The translations under genes and the position numbers were made by a program. Positions 14,425 to 26,500 of a stretch of DNA of 64,000 nucleotides are shown here, piece by piece. Each line of letters opens with the position of its first letter. Positions within the stretch are counted from its first letter, which is position 1. Source of the DNA: Zygnema circumcarinatum SAG 698-1b (Eukaryota > Plantae > Zygnematophyceae); NCBI GenBank assembly GCA_037447605.1, contig CM074816.1, positions 635,873-699,872 of the forward strand, read 5' to 3'. A model generated the notes under the pieces. The model was not told the DNA's origin, made no database searches, and saw only the letters and a list, made by a program, of their open reading frames with translations.

Positions 14425-16126
14425 CCCTTGCCCTCCCCTCCCCTCTCCTCCCCTCCCCTCCTCTTTTTCTGGACATTCCACCCCCCTCGTTTTCTCCTTT
14501 TCACTACTGACTTCCAACAATGTGCGACAAAAGAAAAGGGGATTTGCATTGGTCTCAAGATGGTGAGGCCATCAAATAAACATGGACAAAGTCAACATGG
14601 GAACCACAAGAAATTGGTCGCAAATGAACCAAGCACAAAATAAAAAAACTAGGAGCAAAAAACTAAACTAAACTAAGCTTAAAAGCAAAAACGCAACTTT
14701 AAACGCAGCTGCAAAAGTCCCCAATGTTGGGCAACTGTTACTCGCTGTTTTCAGATTAGGATCATAGACCCCCTAATTAAGGCAAGATCTTAAGTTGTGG
14801 CCTGCTTGCTTGCAATTGGAACATTTTTTCCCTTCAGCTTACTCGAAATGGCTCTTGTCCCGGCTGATTGCCAAACTGCGCGCGCTAGAAGGTCGACCTC
14901 GTTTCTTCATAACTGGGTGGGGGTTTTGCAACTGCAATGGTTTGGCAGCCAATAGTTCATCTACCTGAGATCTACCTAGGGCGGGAGGGGAGGGCCGGGG
15001 AGGACAAGGCAAGGGAGGGGAGCGGAGGGGAGGGGAGGGGAGGCGAGGGGAGGGGAGGGGAGCGGGCGGGAGGGGAGGGCCGGGGAGGACAGGGCAGGGG
15101 AGGGGAGCGGAGGGGAAGGGAGCGGAGGGGAGGGGAGGGGAGGAGAGGGCAGGGGAGGGGGGGGAGCGGAGGGGACGGGAGGAGAGGGGTGGGAAAAAGA
15201 AATATTCAAAACTGGAGGGGTAACCAAAACGGGCAGGCAAAATTTTCAAACGCGGGGGTGCAATAGACAANNNNNNNNNNCCCTTGCCCTCCCCTCCCCT
15301 CTCCTCCCCTCCCCTCCTCTTTTTCTGGACATTCCACCCCCCTCGTTTTCTCCTTTTCACTACTGACTTCCAACAATGTGCGACAAAAGAAAAGGGGATT
15401 TGCATTGGTCTCAAGATGGTGAGGCCATCAAATAAACATGGACAAAGTCAACATGGGAACCACAAGAAATTGGTCGCAAATGAACCAAGCACAAAATAAA
15501 AAAACTAGGAGCAAAAAACTAAACTAAACTAAGCTTAAAAGCAAAAACGCAACTTTAAACGCAGCTGCAAAAGTCCCCAATGTTGGGCAACTGTTACTCG
15601 CTGTTTTCAGATTAGGATCATAGACCCCCTAATTAAGGCAAGATCTTAAGTTGTGGCCTGCTTGCTTGCAATTGGAACATTTTTTCCCTTCAGCTTACTC
15701 GAAATGGCTCTTGTCCCGGCTGATTGCCAAACTGCGCGCGCTAGAAGGTCGACCTCGTTTCTTCATAACTGGGTGGGGGTTTTGCAACTGCAATGGTTTG
15801 GCAGCCAATAGTTCATCTACCTGAGATCTACCTAGGGCGGGAGGGGAGGGCCGGGGAGGACAAGGCAAGGGAGGGGAGCGGAGGGGAGGGGAGGGGAGGC
15901 GAGGGGAGGGGAGGGGAGCGGGCGGGAGGGGAGGGCCGGGGAGGACAGGGCAGGGGAGGGGAGCGGAGGGGAAGGGAGCGGAGGGGAGGGGAGGGGAGGA
16001 GAGGGCAGGGGAGGGGGGGGAGCGGAGGGGACGGGAGGAGAGGGGTGGGAAAAAGAAATATTCAAAACTGGAGGGGTAACCAAAACGGGCAGGCAAAATT
16101 TTCAAACGCGGGGGTGCAATAGACAA
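14425..16126. repeat. ~846-bp segment present twice (14425-15270 / 15281-16126) with polypurine (GGGGA)n-like tract; probably assembly redundancy
   Basis: Copies look identical and each starts directly after a 10-N gap. Confidence 0.85.
14562..14730 (-). mobile_element. Old degenerate relic of the CRE-like element 3' UTR (repeated at ~15418-15586)
   Basis: ggtgaggccatcaaataaacatggacaaag...ctaggagcaaaaaacta aligns by eye to 16332-16500 with many G>A/C>T changes. Confidence 0.7.
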
Positions 16127-16309
16127 GACGCGGGGGTGCAGTAGAGTTACCCTTCCTGAAAACAGTCACTTTTTCGCCGGGCAGCTTGTACAAAGGATTT
16201 TTTAGCGAAAAATGTTGTTTCATACTTTTCAGAGTACAGGCTACTCACGTTATAGTGACCGTGTCGGTCCCCACGTATTTGTGTCACTATATCCGTAATG
16301 ACAACACGC

Positions 16310-16889
16310 AAACTTTCATTGAACTCGCGATGGCGAGGCCATCAAATTTACATGGATAAAGGCAAAATGTGGAACCACGAAGGACTGGTCACAAAGGACC
16401 GAAACACAATAAAACGAAGCTAGGAGCGGAAAACTACGCCTAGGCACAACAACGCAGCCCTAGAAGCAGCCGCGAAGGTCACCGATGTGAGGCACGTCGC
16501 GAGGAGGGAGCGGCGGAAGTCCACCAACACGGTCACCAACAACTGCAGCACGCCGGCGCAGCGTGAGAAGCTGCAGGCAACTGGCGGCTTACTTCGAAAT
16601 ACGCTGTCGTATAAAAGGTAGCCAAGATCGCCGGAGGAGGGCTTCCGGGGCCGTGCATCTCGAAAGAGCGATGGGCGCACTGGCGAAGGAAGGTATCCAA
16701 ACGGGTGTCGAGGCAGCCAAAAATCTCAATAGCCATAGGAACAAACTCGTCGGCTGCATCACAGTGAGCATATGCACGCTCCTTGCGAAGGGCCGCATCG
16801 CGAGCAGCCACGCCTTCATGATGTGCTGCACGTGACAATAAATCGCGACGGGTTGGATCGGCCAACACAATATCCCCAAAAATACGCCG
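16310..16889 (-). mobile_element. 5'-truncated RLE (CRE-like) non-LTR retrotransposon, copy A (end of endonuclease + 3' UTR)
   Basis: Minus-strand peptide ADPTRRDLLSRAAHHEGVAARDAALRKERAY..FVPMAIEIFGCL; reverse complement of copies B/C; candidate 10-bp TSD ccgtaatgac at 16293-16302 and 16892-16901. Confidence 0.88.
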
Positions 16890-17020
16890 ACCCGTAATGA
16901 CCCGTTTGTTATTTCACATTTATAGTGTTAAGTTATTACAGATGTTTTTGCGGTGTATCCGTACACCTTCCATACCGTACACTGTACTTTTTGTGCAGTC
17001 ATTACAGTACAGTAGGGGGT

Positions 17021-17817
17021 CCAGTTTCAGCTTGCAGCGCGACTTCGTCTCGGGCTCCCCCATCCGCCATTGCAGGGTTCTCCTCGTTGTGTTTGTGGTG
17101 ATTCGATTGATGCGCAAGGCGTTCATCTTCTTCGATGCGCACATGGGGGCGAACGCATTTTGGCTCATAATGTTGTGCGCGATGCGATTGCTGCGGTGGC
17201 TCAAGAAGCTAACTACCTTGTGCGACGGGAGCCGAGCCACTTGGTGTCCCCACGGCCGACTATTCGTGGCGAGCGTGGAGTTCGCCCTGATTTGGCTCTT
17301 ATGGATGGTGCCCGGCGCATTTTTGGGGATATTGTGTTGGCCGATCCAACCCGTCGTGATTTATTGTCTCGTGCAGCCCATCATGAAGGCGTGGCTGCTC
17401 GCGATGCGGCCCTTCGCAAGGAGCGTGCATATGCTCACCGTGATGCGGCCGACGAGTTTGTTCCTATGGCTATTGAGATTTTTGGCTGCCTCGACACCCG
17501 TTTGGATACCTTCCTTCGCCAGTGCGCCCATCGCTCTTTCGAGATGCACGGCCCCGGAAGCCCTCCTCCGGCGATCTTGGCTACCTTTTATCGACANNNN
17601 NNNNNNTCCGCCGCTCCCTCCTCGCGACATGCCTCATATCGGTGACCTTCGCGGCTGCTTCTAGGGCTGCGTTGTTGTGCCTAGGCGTAGTTTTCCGCTC
17701 CTAGCTTCGTGTTATTGTGTTTTGGTCCTTTGTGACCAGTCCTTCGTGGTTCCACATTTTGCCTTTGTCCATGTACATTTGATGGCCTCGCCATCGCGAG
17801 TTCAATGAAAGTTTCCA
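17021..17817 (+). mobile_element. 5'-truncated RLE (CRE-like) non-LTR retrotransposon, copy B
   Basis: RLRLGLP, Zn knuckle CVCG..HLLRC, HNVVRD, REP, RPDL..GD restriction-like endonuclease motifs; shared 3' UTR ending gagttcaatgaaagtttcca. Confidence 0.9.
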
Positions 17818-17935
17818 CACTTCCTCATATTTTCCACCCTGGTTCCGGGCAAAATGAGGCGAAAATATTAAATTTGCATATATAAGGTTCGTGTTACGAA
17901 TAGACGGGCGGTATTATGTTAGAGTTCATGTTGGA

Positions 17936-18300
17936 CCGTATGTATCGTACCGTATAATATCGTACCGTATCGTACTGTATCGTTTAGCGTCGTATCGTAT
18001 CGTGACATATCGTGACGCATAAGCGGAGTTTTTAGGACTATGTTGTTCGTCTCATTGATGATGCCGTACTACGGATAGTACCGTATCGGGGAGTTTCGTA
18101 TCGTATCGAACATATCGTATCGTATCGTATCGTATCGAAGTCAAGAAGACGGGGAGAAGAGCGAGCGCCTCTTACGGCGGCACGAGCGGGGAGATTCGGT
18201 GAGTTTTGCGTAAGCCCGTAACGGCTAGTACAGATAGTACGGTCAGTACGGCCAGTACGAATAGTACGGACAGTACGGCTAACACAAGTTACCGTACAAA
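17936..18300. repeat. (CGTAT/CGTAC)n and (CAGTACGG)n degenerate short-unit repeats
   Basis: cgtatcgtatcgtatcg runs at 17940-18010 and 18095-18137; agtacgg/agtacga units at 18225-18280. Confidence 0.8.
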
Positions 18301-19599
18301 AAGGTGGTTTCGGCAAAATTGGGGCGAAAATATTGAGGGCTGTAGCGTAACGGAGCTGCGTTCGACGGATTTGCGTCAGTTCGATTGTACCTGACGTATG
18401 CCTCTTCCGTGTCACGGATCAACGGAATCCAGGAGCTGCCAACGGAGATTGAGAGAAGGCGGCGCCATGCGTTGGCGGCCCACGGAACGGCACACCATCC
18501 AGCAAGGCGCACTCGGAAGCGCCGCAAGATGCCGCCGATTATCATCAGTTGACCTATCCGAAGGCTCCACGTAGTCAGTCAGGCCTCTCAGTGGGCAGTT
18601 GGCCAATCAGAGACTGTCACTGCTAAGACTCAAGATCTATTGTCAGTGTTAAGTAGATGGGATGTCAGTGATGCTTTTTTGTCTTTTAGTGCTGGGCTTA
18701 GTATTTGTATTTGCTGTGTGGTTTGTTGTCTTGTTCTTCTTTCTTCTTTTCCTTCCTCTTCAGTTACAGCAACAGATGCTAAGTAAGAGAGAGAGAGAGA
18801 GAGAGAGTTCCATGCCATAGATAGAGAGAGAGAGAGAGAGAGAGAAAGAGTCTTCTTGCTGATAGCATTTAGACGTCCCATTCAGCCCAGTTAGACAAAG
18901 ATTTCAGTGAGAAGACAATTTCATTGTAATGACATTCCCCAGCCAACCGCTGGCTGGGGTGAGTTTCCAAAATGCAACCTTTATCTAAGTTGAGCACTGT
19001 TTTCCCTTTGCTGTCACTATGCCAAGCTGCCATCTTGTCCTAATCTGCCTTACGCTTATCCCAATGACCGATGATAACTAGAAGCCTAGCTAAGAGACTA
19101 GCCGAGGAGAGGACAGGGGAAGAGAGCCCCCAAGGAAGGNNNNNNNNNNATGCTGCAGGCAGACCCACAGAACCAACCCAACCCTTCATTAGTTTCAGCA
19201 CGGACGCGCGTGTGGCCGTACAGCACCTGCAGCTAGCTCAGCAGTCTTTGTTTAACCCCACTTATCTTGTGCTACAGGGCGCACTCCTTGGGGTGGTAAA
19301 TACGAGGACCCCCCACTGTACTGTACAGTACTGTACAGTACGAACGGGTAGAAAATTGGACGGTCTGGCGGCGGACGTGTACAAACGGGTGGCAAAGTGT
19401 ACGGCCAGGCGCGTGCACGGAAGGCTAACTGTACGAAAGAACGGCAGACTGTACGGTGGATGTACAGTACCTCCCAGTACTGTACTGTACAACGACGGCG
19501 ACAGGCAACCACCAAAGTCGGCGCCGCCTGGAGGGCGGACCGATATTTGTGTCCTTACTATAGATCCGTATGTATCAAACGCGTGTATTAATCTTAAAC

Positions 19600-21257
19600 C
19601 TTTTTCCATCGGTGGCCGACGATACTCACATCATTGGCCCTGCTGACCAGGTCGTTGCCGCGTTTACTGATTTTACTACTCGATTGGCCGCTATGCGTTT
19701 GACGGTAAATTTGTCGAAGTGTTTTGCTTGGTCTCCGGTTGGTATCCCTTCTACCCTTTCGCTCCCTTGTGGTATCCATACTTGTGCTGATGGAATTGGT
19801 ATTCGTGTTTTAGGCTGCCCTTTTGGCGTTGCATCTTATGTTGATCGTTTTGTTGATGATGCTTTGGTTGAGGATACGTCTCAGGTCGATGAGCTTCCAC
19901 ATCTTTCAGATCCTCAGGTGGCTTTTTCTTTGCTTCTCAACTTTCTTTGCTTCCAATGATACATCTCTTTTCGAGCTTACCTGTAGTTCCTTCCTTCCTT
20001 TGATCATTCAAATCTTTGGATGACATTTATTTCTGTATGTCACAGTCGCCTTTTGGGTCCTGGTATTTTTGACCGGCCCGAAGGTCCGCTTGCTCGTCTA
20101 CAGGCCTCCCTTCCTATTTCTGCAGGTGGTTTGGGGCTTGTCCCCACTGCGCGTGTTGCATCCCCTGCCCTTTTGGGTAGTTGGGCTCTCGTTGCTCCTA
20201 TTTTGGCTTCGCGTTTTATTGTGGCTGATCGTCCGTTGCTTCAGTCTGTTGTCGCTCATGTTGATGATGGTGATCTTCCGTTTCAGGTTGCATTGCGTGA
20301 TGCCCATGGTTTGCTTCCTGCTAGTGCTCAGGCTCGTGTGCCCCCATTTGTTTCGCTTGCCGTCGAGTCTGTTCCACGTGTCCAGCTCACTTTGACTGAT
20401 GAGGTTGTTGCTGCTGAGTTTTCTACCCTTATTGCGGCTCTTCCTTCTGATGTTGCGCGTGCTCGGCTTCGTTCTTGTGCGGGTCCTGGAGCTGGGGCTT
20501 GGTTGGCTGTTACCCCGATATTTTCCACCCTTCGTTTGACCCCAGGCCAGTTTCAGCTTGCAGCGCGACTTCGTCTCGGGCTCCCCCATCCGCCATTGCN
20601 NNNNNNNNNTGGTGTCCCCACGGCCGACTATTCGTGGCGAGCGTGGAGTTCGCCCTGATTTGGCTCTTATGGATGGTGCCCGGCGCATTTTTGGGGATAT
20701 TGTGTTGGCCGATCCAACCCGTCGTGATTTATTGTCTCGTGCAGCCCATCATGAAGGCGTGGCTGCTCGCGATGCGGCCCTTCGCAAGGAGCGTGCATAT
20801 GCTCACCGTGATGCGGCCGACGAGTTTGTTCCTATGGCTATTGAGATTTTTGGCTGCCTCGACACCCGTTTGGATACCTTCCTTCGCCAGTGCGCCCATC
20901 GCTCCTTCGAGATGCACGGCCCCGGAAGCCCTCCTCCGGCGATCTTGGCTACCTTTTATCGACAGCGTATTTCCGTCGCCGCCCGGCGTTGCTGCAACCT
21001 GCAGCAACTGATCTTTGGAGTTGTTGGTGATGCGTGTTGGTGGACTTCCGCCGCTCCCTCCTCGCGACATGCCTCATATCGGTGACCTTCGCGGCTGCTT
21101 CTAGGGCTGCGTTGTTGTGCCTAGGCGTAGTTTTCCGCTCCTAGCTTCGTGTTATTGTGTTTTGGTCCTTTGTGACCAGTCCTTCGTGGTTCCACATTTT
21201 GCCTTTGTCCATGTACATTTGATGGCCTCGCCATCGCGAGTTCAATGAAAGTTTCCA
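19600..21257 (+). mobile_element. 5'-truncated, decayed RLE (CRE-like) non-LTR retrotransposon, copy C (RT C-terminus, thumb, endonuclease, 3' UTR)
   Basis: RT motif FPSVADDTHIIGP..LTVNLSKC..GIRVLGCPFG; QASLPISAGGLGL; GAGAWL; RPDL endonuclease; stops/frameshift at ~19940-20020; candidate 10-bp TSD gtgtattaat at 19583-19592 and 21266-21275. Confidence 0.9.
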
Positions 21258-23598
21258 AAGAGTTGGTGTATTAATACACTGTATAATACATGCGTATTAT
21301 ACAACATTTTAAAAATATAGTGTATTTTTAATGTATTTAACGTATTTTTTTTATTTTCGTGGTTAGTTGAACAAAATTTGATTATAATATTGAAATTCCA
21401 GAACTTTCGAAGTCACGTCACTTGCCAAACACTCAACACGTGTGACTTGGTCCGTACACGTTCGTACACTCATTCCGTACATAATTTCCGTACGGGTCTA
21501 TGTTCCGATTGTACGGCTGTTAACAGTTGCGTTAAGGTATTATACAGTGTATAATACAGTATTAATACTGTATTATACATTGTATCGAACCTCAAAGTGT
21601 ATAATACGGATCTATAGTCCTTACAGCCATGGGGAATCTCGAACTGAGTTCGAATTCCGTAAGGAGCTCTCGAGAAATACAGCGCAGAAGTGCCATCCAA
21701 AGTACTTCCTTCGGAAAACATTTCCACACGTGGGATATCGTGGGATCGCTGGGACGAGGGGGCAGGCGAGGGAGTGGGGGCGGAGAGAGGCGGACGACCG
21801 CCTGCCTGAGGAGGCGCGAGAGGGAGAGGGAGAGGGAGAGGGAGAGGGAGGGGGAGTGGGAGAGGGAGAGGGAGAGGGAGAGGGAGGAAAGGAGAGGGAC
21901 TGTGAGAGTGGAGGGTCTGCGAGATGGCTTCCCCTCCCTCCCTCCTCGCGCTGCTGCTCGTGGCCTTCGCCCTCGCCCGTCTCCTCCACGTGGCCGCGCT
22001 CACACGTGCGCACATGGTCACGTACGGGCCTGCCAGTGGAGACACGGCGTTGCGCCGCTGCGACGACTGCCGCAGCGAATCCATATCACTGTCCGCGCCG
22101 ATGGCCCTCTTCAACTGGACGGTCGCATCCCTCGAGGTCTCTAGCAACGGCATTTTGGGTCTGCCCTCAATCAATTCCGGTTATACTAACGCGTGCGTGC
22201 CTCCTTCCCCTGCCCCTCCCTCTCTCTCCCTCCCTCTCTCTCCCTCCCTCTCTCCTTCCCTCCCTTCCTCCCTCGCGCCCTGCTCTCTCGAGAAGTGTCT
22301 CCCNNNNNNNNNNGCAGTTGTTGGTGATCGTGTTGGTGGACTTCCGCCGCTCCCTCCTCGCGACATGCCTCATATCGGTGACCTTCGCGGCTGCTTCTAG
22401 GGCTGCGTTGTTGTGCCTAGGCGTAGTTTTCCGCTCCTAGCTTCGTGTTATTGTGTTTTGGTCCTTTGTGACCAGTCCTTCGTGGTTCCACATTTTGCCT
22501 TTGTCCATGTACATTTGATGGCCTCGCCATCGCGAGTTCAATGAAAGTTTCCAAAGAGTTGGTGTATTAATACACTGTATAATACATGCGTATTATACAA
22601 CATTTTAAAAATATAGTGTATTTTTAATGTATTTAACGTATTTTTTTTATTTTCGTGGTTAGTTGAACAAAATTTGATTATAATATTGAAATTCCAGAAC
22701 TTTCGAAGTCACGTCACTTGCCAAACACTCAACACGTGTGACTTGGTCCGTACACGTTCGTACACTCATTCCGTACATAATTTCCGTACGGGTCTATGTT
22801 CCGATTGTACGGCTGTTAACAGTTGCGTTAAGGTATTATACAGTGTATAATACAGTATTAATACTGTATTATACATTGTATCGAACCTCAAAGTGTATAA
22901 TACGGATCTATAGTCCTTACAGCCATGGGGAATCTCGAACTGAGTTCGAATTCCGTAAGGAGCTCTCGAGAAATACAGCGCAGAAGTGCCATCCAAAGTA
23001 CTTCCTTCGGAAAACATTTCCACACGTGGGATATCGTGGGATCGCTGGGACGAGGGGGCAGGCGAGGGAGTGGGGGCGGAGAGAGGCGGACGACCGCCTG
23101 CCTGAGGAGGCGCGAGAGGGAGAGGGAGAGGGAGAGGGAGAGGGAGGGGGAGTGGGAGAGGGAGAGGGAGAGGGAGAGGGAGGAAAGGAGAGGGACTGTG
23201 AGAGTGGAGGGTCTGCGAGATGGCTTCCCCTCCCTCCCTCCTCGCGCTGCTGCTCGTGGCCTTCGCCCTCGCCCGTCTCCTCCACGTGGCCGCGCTCACA
23301 CGTGCGCACATGGTCACGTACGGGCCTGCCAGTGGAGACACGGCGTTGCGCCGCTGCGACGACTGCCGCAGCGAATCCATATCACTGTCCGCGCCGATGG
23401 CCCTCTTCAACTGGACGGTCGCATCCCTCGAGGTCTCTAGCAACGGCATTTTGGGTCTGCCCTCAATCAATTCCGGTTATACTAACGCGTGCGTGCCTCC
23501 TTCCCCTGCCCCTCCCTCTCTCTCCCTCCCTCTCTCTCCCTCCCTCTCTCCTTCCCTCCCTTCCTCCCTCGCGCCCTGCTCTCTCGAGAAGTGTCTCC
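21030..23598. repeat. ~1.3-kb duplication across the gap at 22304-22313 (retroelement 3' end, promoter and exon 1 of the next gene; offset 1296 bp); probably assembly redundancy
   Basis: Identical ORFs at 21442/22738 and 21924/23220; first copy ends at the gap. Confidence 0.85.
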
Positions 23599-26500
23599 CA
23601 CCTATTTACTTAGCTTCGCTTCTCCTTGCTGGCTGGCGTCTCTCGTTTTGGCGTCTTGTGCCTTCGATTTTTAGGCAATGTTAAATTCTTCAAACAATAT
23701 CTTTTTTTTAAATTAGTAGCATAAAATATGGAAGGCATGTGCTGGTCGCGTCCTTTGGTATAATCGACAGACGGTAATTTTCTATGCGCAGAACTTCCTC
23801 GGGCTACCCCTACATCGCTCCGTTTTATTATGACGCAGGTGAGTGATAGGACGCTCCTTCACTTCCTAGGATGAAATGAAACAAAATCTGACCTCTTCAA
23901 TTATCGAATAGCCAGCCTTGACAGAATCCGTAAATTTCGAGAAAAATATTTCAGCAATAACATACGATTGCGAAAATGAGTCGTGCAACAAACGAGCACG
24001 TTCGAAAATTATTTCTCGCGCTGATTTCCTAATTTTAGCGAGGCTCATGTATTATGTTACTATCGCATTCCTTCGATTTGTGCACAAATCGCAAAACATG
24101 GAGAGGTTCAGCTCCCCTGAGAACGGCCTGCACAAGGCATGCAGGAATGAGGCAAGAGGGGCAAAATAGAACAGAAGTGGTGAAGGTTCACAGGAAGCAG
24201 GCCAGGGCTACGAAGTTAGAGAGAGGGTAAAGTTGACAGCGGAAAGGCAGTCTTTTTGAACCTCTTAAACTTCCAAGACCTACTCGTGAGCTTAAGAAAA
24301 AGCGTCCTGTTGATCCTGAAACTCTTTCATTGCATGCAATTTCTTTCCCTGCATTCGCTTGAAACCATTATCCTTTCATCACCCTTACATAATCTGCTTC
24401 TATGCCAACAAAAGCGTTTGAAGAAATAGTAGCTCTGTGAAATGTGAGCGGAAAAAGTATCATTCCGTTTGCCTTTCCACGCTTAAGCTTGGCATGCGTC
24501 AAACATTTCCTAATGCGTGCAAACGGGCAAAAGATGAGAACTGCGTAAATAATTACCAGATTTACACAGTGGCTAATTCCTTCGTCAGGTTTTTTTAGTT
24601 CTCTTGGTATTGTCTTTTCTCTCCTTCACCTGTCGTCCTTTCAAACACTCATAATCTTCCTATTTCACCTTGTCACTTGCTTTTGCTTTGCTTCAGACAC
24701 TAGGCCCGACAATGGAGGATACGTGTATTACAGGATGCTGAGCAAAGTCAACAATTCGGTGAATCTCTCAAGCCTCGCACAGGATGTGAGGAATCTGTTT
24801 CCGTTAGATGTTGAGGCTCAAAATTTTCAGCCGGATGGAGGGTTTGTGCTGTCATACATCGATGTGGGATATTTCAAGTGAGTGTGTGGGCATTCACCGC
24901 TGTTTGACTCTGAACAATGTACTTCGCGTGTCCATGATTTCTTCTCTATATTTCCTCGATTCCATTTATCGCCGCCATTCGAAGGTGGTCGATGTGGCGC
25001 CTCTGTGCTGCTTTGGGGATGGCAGAGGAGCAGAAGAGTGGCGCTGCATAGACCATCTTGGACTTGGTCATGCGTGCAGGGTCAACCTCATGTCTCGTTG
25101 AATTGGTTGACACTCGAAAGCTGCACAGTCTGATTGTGCTCACGAATTGAGTTCGTTGAAAGGCATTATTTCTTTCTCCCAGTGCTATCTATAATTTTGA
25201 AGAGTTCGATGCTACGATGCTTGATGCAAGGCGCGGATATGGTGGCAGAACGGGTTTTATCTTTGAAGTCATTCCACGTTTGTTAAACAGCAAAGCAAGA
25301 GTCGACGTCCATCGTATTTTTTATTCTTGCTGAGAGTTGCTGCATATGATGCGTTTTTTCGTTGTAGTGATTCTATGCAGCCCTTTTTCGTCTTTGGATT
25401 CAATGAGCAATAGCTTTATTCGGCAGCACCTTTCTGTTCATCCAAATGTGTTCTGCAGGCATGTTTGCGACTCTCTCCTTACTCTTGTATGTGTGTTTTT
25501 TGGCGTTGCAGCTCTCATACAGATCTTGTGAACACCTTCCAAGTCTGGCTGGCATGGACCTCGTCTGCGCGCTGGCCTCGGACATTTTGCTGTTTTCTCT
25601 ACCCTGAGGATGGACTGCGAAAAACCGACAGTAAGCGACCCTTAACTCTGAATGGCGATATATGGAAGTACCTTCGCTTTAGTTCAAGATTGAATGTTTT
25701 TGAAACTTTGAAATTCTAGAACCTCACTGGGAGTTGATTTCGTATTGTTTGTTTGTTTTAAAAGTAGATAATTGAAGCCTCAGCTATAGTTCCAGCTTCT
25801 GCGGGTTCTACTATGTGGACGGCGTGTGGATGCAGCCCCAAGTCCAAATTTATTTGCATGCTTGGACCCCCCCAGCATGAATGCAAAATTGCCCTCCGGG
25901 GGTTGAAGGGGTGCCCCTCGTGCGCGCACAGCCCTCGCGTCCTCCGGCCCTCGCATGCAAACGTCCTCGGACCGCCCCGGCCGGAGGGCGACGAGGGCCG
26001 TTCGATTCGTCGACTGGACGAATGCGCTCCCTCCGATCCGCGACCTCTGGAAGCCTCTCACAGAACGCCACGTGGATGGGCCATCGATTCGCCTCCGTAC
26101 AACCCCCGTGCATGATGTCGTAGCAACCGGGCTAAACGCCACGTCATCGTGCGTGCAGGGAGAACTATGCTCTCCTCTCCGTACGATGCTAGTCCTCCAC
26201 CGGCTCTTTCTTCTGCAAATTTAGAGTTCTTAGGGTCGTTAAGACTTTTGGGGTTTTCCCAGAGGTTCAGAACTACGATGGGCATCTCAAGGAGTCCTGA
26301 AGCGAGTGCAATCGTAGACGTTACAAATGCAAAGCAGGAGGCGCCCTGCCTCCTGCTCCGCAGAGGAAGCTGTGGAAGCTCTCAGAGAGCAATCCACTAT
26401 GTAGAATAAAAGAACATCTGCACGGGCAGGAAAAAAATTGCATGGAAAAATGGAGCATTGGAAAGTATATTTGGCATCCCCATAGTCGCATTTGGGAAAA

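Noticed and set aside
14839-16126. Pro-rich and Gly/Arg-rich ORFs
   Set aside because: Translations of a polypurine tract in a duplicated, gap-flanked segment.
21924-22303. Second copy of exon 1 and promoter of the giant gene (possible alternative first exon)
   Set aside because: Appears identical to 23220 onward and ends at a 10-N gap, so most likely a contig overlap.
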